A DNA stretch of 64,000 nt from Chloroflexota bacterium (GTDB taxonomy: Bacteria; Chloroflexota; UBA11872; VXOZ01), in the NCBI GenBank assembly GCA_964291655.2, contig OZ219802.1, positions 288,001 through 352,000 on the forward strand, read 5' to 3'. Each line of letters starts with the position of its first letter. Positions within the stretch are counted from its first letter, which is position 1. The translations under genes were made by a program, and so were the position numbers. Of the stretch, positions 27,520-37,412 are shown piece by piece. A model generated the notes under the pieces. The model did no database searches and was not told the origin of the DNA. It saw only the letters and a program-made list of their open reading frames with translations.

Positions 27520-29415
27520 GTGAAATCAGACTCCATTCATGAACAGGCCGCCGGACTAGCGCCGGCTGACTACACCGTGCACATTGATCCGGCTGGCCCC
27601 GTCATGGTAGGTCAGTACGGCACGTGGGATATCGCCGTGACCGTTGGCGCGCAGGGCATTGCCATCGGCGGCGGCGTGCGGATTGCCCCGCCGCACCGCG
27701 AGAAACAGCGGTGGGACGTGGGTAGTGTGGTTGCAACTACGGATGTTCCCGGCACAAGCGTGCGGGTAAACGTCGTAAACGGCCACCCGCTCTCCTATCA
27801 CCACTCCCAATATCCCGTAATCTATGCCATGGTCGAGGGTAAGCCATTGCGAGGCGGGGATACCCTTACCGTCACGCTCGGCCATCCGGGCAATTACGTG
27901 TCCGGCTTTCGTCAACCGGCACAGGCGCAAGACATCGTCAGCGTAGACACGTTCTTTGAGGTGGGAGTGGATATAGAAGGAAACACCGACTATAGCAATC
28001 CGGACTATCCGGTGCGAGGCGGTGGCCGCCACTTTCCACTCCGGCGGCAACCGGCAATAGATGTCGTGCCCGCTGCGCCGGCGGCGCTCGGCCTAGTGGT
28101 GCCGCAGTTTGAGGCCGGTAAAGGTCCGGCGCAGGTCTTTGTCCATGCCAGGGACGAATTTGGCAACGTGTGCGATAGTTTTCAGGGGGCGCTCAAGCTT
28201 GAGACCGTCGGCGGCAGTGACGGCAAGTTGGAAGCTGAAGCGGATGCGACAACAGAAGAACGGGGACTAGCGGACGCAAGCATTGACGTCCCGGCGCGGG
28301 ATGGAGTCTATCTTGTGCGGGCACGGGACGAAGCCAGCGGCATCATCGGCAAGAGCTGGCCGATTGCTCCCCACTTTCGTCCAGCCGGATACAACATCTA
28401 TTGGGGCGACATTCACAATCACACTAATCTCTCCGGAGACGGCGTGCGCGACATTGACGACGCCTACTGGTACGCACGGCACATCAGCGGGTTGGACTTC
28501 GTGGCGATTACCGACCATGAGGGCGGCAAGGACTGGGAGCGCAGCAAGAAGTGCGCCAGGAAATACTACGTGCCCGGTAAATTTGCGACGTTTCTTGCCT
28601 ATGAGTACAGTAGGGCCGGGTCCTACGGACACCGCAACGTCTACTATCTAGACGACGACAGGCCCTGTCCTACGCCCGACGATCCGAACGAACTATGGTC
28701 CCAGCTGCCGCCCGGTCGCGCGCTGGTCATACCGCACCATCCGAATACGCACTCGGAAGGAGGGACGACCTTCGGCCGCTGGCAGCCGACAGACTGGGAC
28801 GTGCACCACCCGGAGTTTCAGCGGCACGTTGAGATCTGCCAATTGCGCGGCTCGTTTGAGGTTGAAGAAGTGGGTGCGCCAGTAGTTTTGGGCGGCAATG
28901 GGTCGTCGGCGCGCAGCGCCCTGGCGAAAGGGCTGCGCCTCGGCTTTGTCGGCGGCACCGACAACCACCGCGGCCATCCGGGCTCGAGCATGGATACCAT
29001 GGGTGGCATCAACTTCCGGCTGAGGCCGGTAGGCGGTCTGACCGCGGTGCTGGCAAGCGAGTGCACACGTGAATCATTGTGGGAAGCTATGCTTGCCCGC
29101 CGCACATATGCCACAACCGGCCAACACATCCTGCTCGACGTTGCCGTCAATGGCGCGTGCATGGGCAGCACCACGGCATTGGCCGCAGCATTCTTGCTAG
29201 CGGTTGCGGTGATTGGCACCGACGAGATTGCCCGCGTTGACATCATCCGCGACGGCCAAGAGGTCTATTCCATCACCGGTGAAGGCACAACTTGCGAGTT
29301 CACGTGGCAAGATTGCTCACCGGGAGCACCATGCTATTACTACGTACGTGTCATTCAGAGGGACGGCAATGCGGCGTGGTCGAGCCCCGTCTGGATTGAG
29401 GATGCGGTGACGTAG
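27520..29415 (+). CDS. PHP-fold metallohydrolase, CehA/McbA/DUF3604-like (paralog of 21435-23417)
   Basis: WGDIHNHT.LS.DG, AITDH, GHRNV, IPHHPN, GGTDNH, AWSSPVW. Confidence 0.8.
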   Translation: MKSDSIHEQAAGLAPADYTVHIDPAGPVMVGQYGTWDIAVTVGAQGIAIGGGVRIAPPHREKQRWDVGSVVATTDVPGTSVRVNVVNGHPLSYHHSQYPVIYAMVEGKPLRGGDTLTVTLGHPGNYVSGFRQPAQAQDIVSVDTFFEVGVDIEGNTDYSNPDYPVRGGGRHFPLRRQPAIDVVPAAPAALGLVVPQFEAGKGPAQVFVHARDEFGNVCDSFQGALKLETVGGSDGKLEAEADATTEERGLADASIDVPARDGVYLVRARDEASGIIGKSWPIAPHFRPAGYNIYWGDIHNHTNLSGDGVRDIDDAYWYARHISGLDFVAITDHEGGKDWERSKKCARKYYVPGKFATFLAYEYSRAGSYGHRNVYYLDDDRPCPTPDDPNELWSQLPPGRALVIPHHPNTHSEGGTTFGRWQPTDWDVHHPEFQRHVEICQLRGSFEVEEVGAPVVLGGNGSSARSALAKGLRLGFVGGTDNHRGHPGSSMDTMGGINFRLRPVGGLTAVLASECTRESLWEAMLARRTYATTGQHILLDVAVNGACMGSTTALAAAFLLAVAVIGTDEIARVDIIRDGQEVYSITGEGTTCEFTWQDCSPGAPCYYYVRVIQRDGNAAWSSPVWIEDAVT

Positions 29416-29519
29416 ACTCTTTTTTCGAGAGTGGCACTCAGCTTCTATTTGCTGTATACTGATTTGGCACGCAGTTACCGGTACTATGGCAATGAGTAAT
29501 TGACGGTCTGAGGAGACAG

Positions 29520-29915
29520 GTGATGGCCCAAGCACAAGTGGAACCCCGAGACAGTAGCTCCGAGAACCCAGCCATAGTTGCCTGGATGAAGCCGTTTTGT
29601 GGTTGGAGCAACGGGGTACGTGCCGTGTTTCTAAAGTACGGCCTCACATTCGATGATCGCGACATTATCAATAACGCCACGCACTTTGCCGAAATGGTAA
29701 AGCGCACCGGCCAGACGATGCAACCTTGTGTTGTGATTGATGACCACGTGTTGATCGATGTGTCCGGTGAAGAAGTTGAAGCGTGGCTGATCGAACACAA
29801 CTACGTCGAACAAAGTGACAAGGAACCAGACGTTCCGATTGATCGCGCTTGCGAAAACGAAGCGGAGCCGAAGCCGGTATCGCTTCAAATGAGACCGCGC
29901 TCGACTGCTCAATAG
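29520..29915 (+). CDS. Monothiol glutaredoxin-like protein (CGWS)
   Basis: KPFCGWS, TGQ..QPCV.I (cis-Pro), AGGAG RBS. Confidence 0.75.
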   Translation: MMAQAQVEPRDSSSENPAIVAWMKPFCGWSNGVRAVFLKYGLTFDDRDIINNATHFAEMVKRTGQTMQPCVVIDDHVLIDVSGEEVEAWLIEHNYVEQSDKEPDVPIDRACENEAEPKPVSLQMRPRSTAQ

Positions 29916-30358
29916 GGATATGTCCTGACAGTCGTTTCCGCATTCAAGCTATTGCATTATCCTAGCCTTAGTCCTTCTCGCAAAAACACTGCAATCGTCC
30001 CCGATTGGTCCTAGTTGGCGGAGAACAGCTGCAAGCGCCAGGCACACGTGCATATACCTCATGGTGAATTGGTAGTCTTGCAAGCATTCTTGGGTAGTAT
30101 TGTTTCTCGTCAACGTACGATGAAAAACGAAATGAGTTCACGCTCTACATTTCCATGCTCAGCTTTGCAGCATGGCAAGACTAACCCCCGTTCCTACTCC
30201 CCTTCCGGCTTCTTCTTGCTCCTCAGGGATCGCATCCCAGCAACAATCGCACCAGACTTGCCGCTGCCCTTATCAGCAGCGACGGGCCGTAGTCTCACCC
30301 ATAGGCGCGAGGTCGTCGACGCTCTCGTGCCCCAGTTCTACTAAAGGCCAATAGCAAG

Positions 30359-31684
30359 ATGTTTCCTTCACGTAAGTGGCTCTACCCTGGAATGCACGTA
30401 AAACGGTGGATTGTGCTGCTGATCGCGGGCTTTATGGCCTTCGCTCTATCCGGCGCCATGGCGCTCGCCTGGATATACAGGAATGTCGCAGTTCCTGAGC
30501 CTTTCACCGATCCGGTGCAAGCCGTAACTCTTCAGTTCATACCCCACCCGTTTCGAGAGCTTCTGGTAGGCTCCGTAGGCTTAGTTCTCATTGTCTTGGC
30601 AATTTGGAAACTCAATGCCTCGCTGATGGAGGTTGTTGCTGAACCTCGCAGAAGTGAGAGGTTGGTAGACCTTGTGTACGCTCGTCGACTGCTCAAGACG
30701 GGTCCCAGGATCGTTACGATTGGGGGAGGCACCGGCCAAGCGGTGCTCTTGCGCGGTCTAAAGGAGTTTACGAACAACCTTACGGCAATTGTGACGGTGG
30801 TTGATGACGGCGGATCGTCCGGTCGCCTGCGGCGCGAGTTTGGCGCCCTGCCACCGGGTGACGTGCGTCAATGCATCGGCGCGCTGGCTGTTGCAGAACC
30901 TCTGATGACGCGGATGCTCAATTACCGGTTTAGCAAGGGCAACGGCTTGGAAGGGCACAGCCTCGGCAACCTCATGATGCTTGCCATGGCCGACCTGACG
31001 GGAAACTTCGAATCGGGGATACGAGAACTCTCACGGGTGCTTGCCGTTCGCGGGCAAATTCTGCCTTCAACGCTCGAGAGCGTCAAGCTTTGCGCCGAAC
31101 TCGAAGACGGTCGCACCATTTCCGGTGAATCCGCAGTTGGCGACGCGGGATCGACCATCAAGCGAGTCTATCTTGATCGGCAGCATCCCACTGCCTTCAG
31201 TGAAGCCAGCCAGGCAATCCTGGATGCAGACTACATTATTCTTGCCCCAGGCAGTCTCTATACGAGCCTGCTCCCCAACTTACTGGTGCCGGAGATCTCT
31301 CAGGCGGTCGCCAAGTCTAAAGCCCTGAAGCTCTACATCTGCAACGTTGCAACGGAGCCTGGTGAGACGAGTCACTATGGTGTGGCAGAGCACCTGGAGG
31401 CGCTCAAACAGCATGCGCCGTTTGATGTTTGTAAGCTCGTGCTCGCGAATGACCAGACGTCCCTCCAATCGGCGAATGGTACCTATGAACTCGTGCAACT
31501 GCCCGCGGAAGAGCGCGAAATCGATGGGGTATCGATCGTCACGGCCGACGTAATTGACGTAGAGATTCCCTATCAGCACAGTGCGGTAAAGCTCGCCCAG
31601 GCCGTGATGCAGGTGTATAGTGACTATGGACCAACGAAGCGAGAACGCAAGCGAGCTGAAGCAGAATCGATTGAGGTCGCCTAA
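30359..31684 (+). CDS. yvcK: YvcK/GlmR (CofD-like) UDP-sugar-binding protein with N-terminal TM helices
   Basis: IGGGTG, DDGGSSGRLR, PPGD.R, GHSLGNL, PGSLYTS. Confidence 0.88.
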   Translation: MFPSRKWLYPGMHVKRWIVLLIAGFMAFALSGAMALAWIYRNVAVPEPFTDPVQAVTLQFIPHPFRELLVGSVGLVLIVLAIWKLNASLMEVVAEPRRSERLVDLVYARRLLKTGPRIVTIGGGTGQAVLLRGLKEFTNNLTAIVTVVDDGGSSGRLRREFGALPPGDVRQCIGALAVAEPLMTRMLNYRFSKGNGLEGHSLGNLMMLAMADLTGNFESGIRELSRVLAVRGQILPSTLESVKLCAELEDGRTISGESAVGDAGSTIKRVYLDRQHPTAFSEASQAILDADYIILAPGSLYTSLLPNLLVPEISQAVAKSKALKLYICNVATEPGETSHYGVAEHLEALKQHAPFDVCKLVLANDQTSLQSANGTYELVQLPAEEREIDGVSIVTADVIDVEIPYQHSAVKLAQAVMQVYSDYGPTKRERKRAEAESIEVA

Positions 31685-31757
31685 CGGAGATACAGACATA
31701 CGTTGCGCGCGCCCTGTGGCTACTACACCCGGGAGCGGAGAGGGGAACTAGAGACTT

Positions 31758-32777
31758 ATGGCACGAGTGGCAATCAACGGATTTGGCCGCATTGGTAGAT
31801 TGGCTCTGCGGGCAATTTTGGAGCGGGCGCCGGACTTAGACCCAGTTGCGGTGAACGACCTTGCAAGCGCGGAGACGAACGCGCATCTCTTCAAGTACGA
31901 CAGCAACTACGGACGCTTTAACGGCGAGATTGACGCAAGCGACCAAGGGCTAACAATCGACGGGCGACACCTTCACGCCCTTTCACAACGTGACTGGACT
32001 GCTCTGCCGTGGGGTGACTTGGACGTCGATGTTGTCATCGAGGCAACAGGTGTCGGCACCGATCGCGCTTCTGCCGCAAAGCATCTAGCAGCGGGAGCAA
32101 AGAAGGTGATCATTTCGGCCCCGGCCAAGGAAGAAGACGTGACACTGGTCCTGGGCGTAAATGATGAAGCCTACGATCCGGCTGAACACCACATCGTATC
32201 CAATGCTTCCTGCACGACGAATTGCCTCGCGCCCGTGGTCAAAGTCCTTCACGATGCGTTCACCATCCGACAAGGGCTCATGAACACGATCCACTCGTAT
32301 ACCAACGACCAGCGCATTCTCGACCTTGAACAGAGCGACATGCGCCGAGCGCGCGCCGCTGCACTCAACATCATCCCCACAACTACGGGAGCGGCAAGGG
32401 CTGTAGTGCAAGTGATTCCCGATCTTAAGGGCAAGCTCGACGGGTTTGCACTTCGTGTGCCGACGCCCACCGTATCCGTCGTTGATTTCACGTGCGAAGT
32501 TGCCGATGACGTGACGGTCGAAGACGTGAACGACGCGTTCGAGGCAGCCGCCCAGGGACGCTTGAACGGTATTCTTGGCTGCTCTAGCGAAGAGCTCGTC
32601 AGTATGGACTTCAAGGGAGACTCCCGGAGTTCGATTATAGACTTACCGTCAACCCAGGTTTCCGGCAAGCTGGTGAAAGTGCTCTCCTGGTACGATAACG
32701 AGTGGGGTTATGCGTGCCGCATTGCCGACTTAACCGCCCGCGTAGCTCAAACAATCCCCCAAGAGGCGGCTGTCTAA
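31758..32777 (+). CDS. gap: Type I glyceraldehyde-3-phosphate dehydrogenase
   Basis: [24 protein letters not shown]. Confidence 0.97.
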   Translation: MARVAINGFGRIGRLALRAILERAPDLDPVAVNDLASAETNAHLFKYDSNYGRFNGEIDASDQGLTIDGRHLHALSQRDWTALPWGDLDVDVVIEATGVGTDRASAAKHLAAGAKKVIISAPAKEEDVTLVLGVNDEAYDPAEHHIVSNASCTTNCLAPVVKVLHDAFTIRQGLMNTIHSYTNDQRILDLEQSDMRRARAAALNIIPTTTGAARAVVQVIPDLKGKLDGFALRVPTPTVSVVDFTCEVADDVTVEDVNDAFEAAAQGRLNGILGCSSEELVSMDFKGDSRSSIIDLPSTQVSGKLVKVLSWYDNEWGYACRIADLTARVAQTIPQEAAV

Positions 32778-32818
32778 TTGTCCCGACGATAGACTGACGT
32801 GCTGGCTTCGTATGAAAG

Positions 32819-32850
32819 GGCCGTGGGTTGTGCACCCACGGTTTCTTTTA
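32819..32850 (+). terminator. Intra-operon terminator between gap and pgk
   Basis: CCGTGGGT-tgtgc-ACCCACGG stem followed by TTTCTTTT. Confidence 0.65.
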
Positions 32851-32899
32851 TGTAAATTGTGCACAAAGTACGCCACTTCGCTCCTCAGGAAGAGCATTG

Positions 32900-34078
32900 A
32901 TGAAGAAGACAGTTCGCGACATTGACGCAGCAAACAAGACAGTGTTGGTACGTGTAGACTTCAACGTGCCCTTAGCACAAGGGAGGGTTGCCGACGACTC
33001 ACGGCTGCGAGCAACAGTGCCCACAATAGACCTTCTGCGTGAGCACGGGGCCAAGACAGTCCTCGTTTCCCATCTGGGTCGGCCAAAAGGTGTAACAGTA
33101 GACACACTTCGATTGGCGCCAGTAGCCGCGCGCCTTTCAGAACTGCTAGACATTCCGGTTCACTCTCCTCCCGACTGTGTCGGCCCGGCAGCAGAAGCAG
33201 CCGTAAAGGCATTGCGACCGGGAGACGTGCTGCTGTTAGAGAACGTACGCTTTCACGCGGAGGAAGAAGAAAACGACCCGGGATTTGCACGGCAATTGGC
33301 ATCACTCGCCGATGTATTCGTAAACGACGCCTTCGGCGCCGCCCACCGCGCCCATGCTTCAACGGTTGGGGTGACGGAGTTCTTACCTAGCGTAGCCGGA
33401 CTGCTGATGGATCTGGAGATTTCCACGCTTGCTCAGTTGCTGCAGGCACCGGAAAGGCCCTTCGCTGCACTGATCGGTGGCGCCAAAATCTCGACGAAGA
33501 TTGGCGTGCTCACGCACCTTTTGCAGAGCATCGACGTCCTCATAGCCGGCGGCGGCATTGCAAATACGCTCCTCAAAGCCCAAGGCAAGGCGGTCGGAAA
33601 GAGCCTGGTCGAGGATGCGCAGCTTTCGGTGGCCGAAGAATTCCTCCTAAGTGCACGCGATGCCGGCGTGGAGGTGCTACTCCCTACCGACGCCGTGACC
33701 GGCAACATTAGCGAGTCCGCGGGGGCGACTGACATTGTCGACACAAACTACGTGCCCCCGAACACGATGATTGGCGATCTCGGCCCGGAGACTGTGAAGG
33801 CGATTGAAGCTGTCCTGGCATCAGCGCGGACAGTGCTTTGGAATGGGCCGCTCGGCCTCTTCGAGCAAGAACGCTTCGCCGGCAGCACTTTTGCCATAGC
33901 CCGCGCACTCGCAAAATCTCAGGCGGTGTCCATTGTTGGGGGAGGCGAAACGGTAGCTGCGATTGAGGCGTGCGACGTGGCAGCCAAGATTACTCATGTG
34001 TCCACCGGGGGCGGTGCAACGCTTGAGTTCTTGGAGGGACGAACACTCCCAGGCGTCGCCGCGCTCATCAACGCGTAG
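32900..34078 (+). CDS. pgk: Phosphoglycerate kinase
   Basis: VRVDFNVP, SHLGRP, DAFGAAHRAH, WNGP.G, STGGGA. Confidence 0.97.
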   Translation: MKKTVRDIDAANKTVLVRVDFNVPLAQGRVADDSRLRATVPTIDLLREHGAKTVLVSHLGRPKGVTVDTLRLAPVAARLSELLDIPVHSPPDCVGPAAEAAVKALRPGDVLLLENVRFHAEEEENDPGFARQLASLADVFVNDAFGAAHRAHASTVGVTEFLPSVAGLLMDLEISTLAQLLQAPERPFAALIGGAKISTKIGVLTHLLQSIDVLIAGGGIANTLLKAQGKAVGKSLVEDAQLSVAEEFLLSARDAGVEVLLPTDAVTGNISESAGATDIVDTNYVPPNTMIGDLGPETVKAIEAVLASARTVLWNGPLGLFEQERFAGSTFAIARALAKSQAVSIVGGGETVAAIEACDVAAKITHVSTGGGATLEFLEGRTLPGVAALINA

Positions 34079-34239
34079 ACGTGCGCAATCACCGAAAGTG
34101 CCGGCCTTCCGCTCCATTGACCTGAGTTTGCGACAGGCAAATAGATACGGCGACCTTCAGCTTGCGGCAGGAGGATTGTCGTTTCAGTCGGAAGCGACTC
34201 GGCCATCAGGTGGGCAACAGGCACATACTTGTGGGCAGG

Positions 34240-35205
34240 CTAACGATCAGTGTCCCCCAGAGTACGTTGGCGGTGCAGGATGTCTGCCAACAGCGCGCGC
34301 TCAACGTCGCGACGCTTTGCTTGGGGATCGGTCCCGCTCCAGTCATGGAAGCCGCGCCCTGACTCCAGACCGAGTGCTCCTTGCGCAACAAGCTCTTTCA
34401 TGGCCTGTGGCGCGTCATCGAGCGTGCTGAGCGAAGGGTAGAGAGCTGCGGCAATTGCGACGTTCATCAGCATGCCGCCCAAGTCACGCTGTGCCAGCGG
34501 CCCGACCCGGCCCAGGCGCAGACCAAAGCCGTTGACGACAACCGCGTCGATCTCTTCTGCAGAGGCCACCCCGTTTGCCCAAAGCGCTACTGCTTCGCGG
34601 CTCAGCGCGTGCTGCAGCCGGTTGTGTATAAACCCCGGTATGTCTTTCTGCACCATTACCGGCTGCTTTCCTGCGCGTTGCCACAGGCCGTAGGTTGTCT
34701 GCATCGTTTCGTCACTCGTCTGGTCGCCGCGAACGACTTCCACCAGCGGAAGCACTGTCCCGGGCAAGATGAAGTGGCTGCCAACCACACGCTCCGGGCG
34801 TCCCGTAGCGGCAGCCATCGCTGTGATCGACAGGGAAGACGTGTTGCTGGTCAAAATCGCCTCTGGCGGCGATTCAGCATCCAATGCGGCAAAGATCTCT
34901 TGCTTCAGTGAAAGGTCTTCCGGCACAGACTCGACGACGAATTCTGTGTGCTCCACCGCAGTTGCCCGGTTGGTTGTCCCGCTTACAATGCGGAGCGCCT
35001 CCTCGGCTTGTGATTGTGTCGCCAGCTGGCATTCAATCAGCGAATCTATGCTTGCCCGCATGCGCGCTTGTGCAAGCTCTAATTGGCTTTCACATATGTC
35101 TACGAGCGTTACGGCAACACCTGCCAGTGAGAGGACCACGGCGATGTCGGCGCCCATGAGACCGGCGCCCACAACGGTGGCCTTACGAATTGCGTCAGCT
35201 TGCAC
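34240..35205 (-). CDS. 3-hydroxyacyl-CoA dehydrogenase family protein
   Basis: GAGLMG, ESVPE..LKQ, SNTSS, H..PLVE, PGFIHNRL. Confidence 0.88.
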   Translation of the reverse strand: MQADAIRKATVVGAGLMGADIAVVLSLAGVAVTLVDICESQLELAQARMRASIDSLIECQLATQSQAEEALRIVSGTTNRATAVEHTEFVVESVPEDLSLKQEIFAALDAESPPEAILTSNTSSLSITAMAAATGRPERVVGSHFILPGTVLPLVEVVRGDQTSDETMQTTYGLWQRAGKQPVMVQKDIPGFIHNRLQHALSREAVALWANGVASAEEIDAVVVNGFGLRLGRVGPLAQRDLGGMLMNVAIAAALYPSLSTLDDAPQAMKELVAQGALGLESGRGFHDWSGTDPQAKRRDVERALLADILHRQRTLGDTDR

Positions 35206-35219
35206 TCCCCAGTTCTCCT

Positions 35220-37178
35220 CTAGTTATGTCTTGATTGAATTGCTACGAGCGCCTGCAGATTGTCGATCTTGGACAGGTCTCCCAAAGGCTCCCCTTCGTA
35301 GGCTCGCTTGATCAATCCGCGCGGAGTCTTTGCCGCCAAATTCCTCGGCAGGGCGTAAACCACATAGATTTCGTCCGGTCTGCCGGCAATGTCATATGCG
35401 ACGCCCATGTGCTCCCGCAAGTCCTGAACAAAAGCCTCCGGTTCAATCGCACCGAGGGGGCGTTCGAGCACCACAAAGCACACAATGCGCTGACCAAGTT
35501 TGTCGTCGTGCGGACCGATGGCTGCCGCCTCGATCACACGCGGCGAATAAGGGTAAGCAAGCAAAGCCTGTTCGATCTTGCCGGGATCATGGTTGATGCT
35601 GCCGCGGATTATGAGGTCATCGCTGCGACCGAGAATGTACCACATGTCATCGGCATCGACCTCAACCCGGTCGGCGTGGAGCCACAAATCGTTGCCGCGT
35701 GAGAAGTAAGTTTCGAGGTATCGTTCCGGTTCGCCAAGGAAACCGCGCGTCATGGACGGAAACGGCTGCCGGCACGCAAGGTTGCCCGGCCCACCAGAAA
35801 CCGGAAGACCCTCGTCGTCTACGATCGCCAGATCCATGCCCAGCCCTGCTCCGCCCAAGGTCCCGGGCTTTAGCGGCATTATCGGAAGCGGCGACAGCAG
35901 GCAGCCGATCACTTCGGTGCCCCCGGAAATGTTCATAATTGGGCAACGGCCCTCACCGAAGATGCTGAAATACCAAGACCACGCCTGGCTATCTAGAATC
36001 TCACCGGTCGACCCGAGGATACGCAAAGTCGACCTATCATGGATGGTGAAGTCTTCGTTGACGGCGGCAAGATGACGGATTGCGGTCGGCACCAGACCAA
36101 AGATCGTGATGCGATGCCTCTCTATCAATTCAAAGAGTCGGTGGGGCGTCGGGTAGACGTGCGTGCCTTCATAGAGCACTACCGTGCCGCCGAAGAAGAG
36201 CACGCCAATGAGTTCCCATGGCGCCATCATCCAGCCAAAATTCGTAAACCAAAAGAAGCGATCATCACTTTGGCAGTCGAAGGCATAGCCTACCTCTTTA
36301 GTGATCTGAGCCATCGACCCGCCGTGGGTGTGCACGATGGCCTTCGACTTGCCGGTCGTGCCGGAGGTGAAAAGGATGAGGCTTGGATGCTCGGAATCTA
36401 CCGGCACAGTCGCACAGACCGGTTGACGCTTCCCTAAGGCGACAAAGTCCGGCCACCAAAGAACGTCCTCCGCCACCTTGCTGGGCGTTTCGAGTCTTCG
36501 GATCAACACGACGTGTTTGAGCGTAGGCACGTCTTGCGCTACGGCGCGAAGCGTCGGCCGACAGTCGGTCCACTTTCCGGCGCGTGGATATGCATCGACC
36601 ATAAAGAGAAGCTTGGCACGTCCGCGATTGAGAGACTCTGCAACGTCCTGCGGCACCGCCCGCGCGGCGATTTGCACGCAGACTGCACCGACTTTCATGG
36701 CGGCAAACATGACGGCCACAGATTCTGGCGAGACCGGTGCACACAAGCCGATCACGTCGCCCGATTCGATGCCCAAGCTCCGCATGGCAGCCGCCACCTG
36801 GCACACACTCGCGTGAAGTTCTTGGTACGTTAGAGTTCGAGTTTCTCCAGAGTCACTTTCCCAAACGAGCGCCGTCTCCGCTCCGCGTTGGTCCCGGATG
36901 TGCCGATCTATGCAATTGTGGGTGACGTTCAGAGTGCCGCCTGGGAACCACTGAGTCCACGGCATGCCGTTGGAATCGTCGTACACAGCTTCATAGGGTG
37001 TTGTCCACTCGACGCCAAGGTGTCTCAAGGCTGCGTCCCAGAACCAGGCAATGTCCCCCTGCGAGCGTTTAATGAGCTCCTGCCACGTCGGGATGCCATG
37101 ACAGTCCATAAACTCTCGTACTCGGGAGCGTGCGAGATAGTCACCATACGGTTCCCAGGCAAAGCCTCGATCCGACAT
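35220..37178 (-). CDS. AMP-forming acyl-CoA synthetase (acetate/acetoacetate-CoA ligase-like)
   Basis: FTSGTTGKSK, GSTGE, NISGGTE, GRSDD; ATG 37178 follows GAGGG. Confidence 0.85.
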   Translation of the reverse strand: MSDRGFAWEPYGDYLARSRVREFMDCHGIPTWQELIKRSQGDIAWFWDAALRHLGVEWTTPYEAVYDDSNGMPWTQWFPGGTLNVTHNCIDRHIRDQRGAETALVWESDSGETRTLTYQELHASVCQVAAAMRSLGIESGDVIGLCAPVSPESVAVMFAAMKVGAVCVQIAARAVPQDVAESLNRGRAKLLFMVDAYPRAGKWTDCRPTLRAVAQDVPTLKHVVLIRRLETPSKVAEDVLWWPDFVALGKRQPVCATVPVDSEHPSLILFTSGTTGKSKAIVHTHGGSMAQITKEVGYAFDCQSDDRFFWFTNFGWMMAPWELIGVLFFGGTVVLYEGTHVYPTPHRLFELIERHRITIFGLVPTAIRHLAAVNEDFTIHDRSTLRILGSTGEILDSQAWSWYFSIFGEGRCPIMNISGGTEVIGCLLSPLPIMPLKPGTLGGAGLGMDLAIVDDEGLPVSGGPGNLACRQPFPSMTRGFLGEPERYLETYFSRGNDLWLHADRVEVDADDMWYILGRSDDLIIRGSINHDPGKIEQALLAYPYSPRVIEAAAIGPHDDKLGQRIVCFVVLERPLGAIEPEAFVQDLREHMGVAYDIAGRPDEIYVVYALPRNLAAKTPRGLIKRAYEGEPLGDLSKIDNLQALVAIQSRHN

Positions 37179-37412
37179 AGGTCCCTCGACTACGTTGTGG
37201 AAGATGGCAGACTTGCCGCAGTACGTGCGTGACACCCCTGCCGCGCACTGGCATGATAGTATCAGATTCGGGTGTTTCAGTGACGTTGACCGCCTGCCCT
37301 CTACGATCACGAGTGGCATTGACCCAATGCTCATTCCCGCCGCTTGAGCTGTTCGCGGGCTTTCGCAAGTGCTTTCGTCTGAACGTTGCTTACCATCTTT
37401 GGGAAGCGTGAA

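Noticed and set aside
30015-30344. 109-aa ORF upstream of yvcK
   Set aside because: TTG start without an RBS, Ser/Pro-rich composition, and no similarity to RapZ or any family I recognise.
16756-31684. F420 biosynthesis locus (DUF2342 zincin plus CofD-like gene)
   Set aside because: The genes are 12 kb apart, and the CofD-like protein has YvcK motifs and gap-pgk context; no cofC/E/G/H is present.
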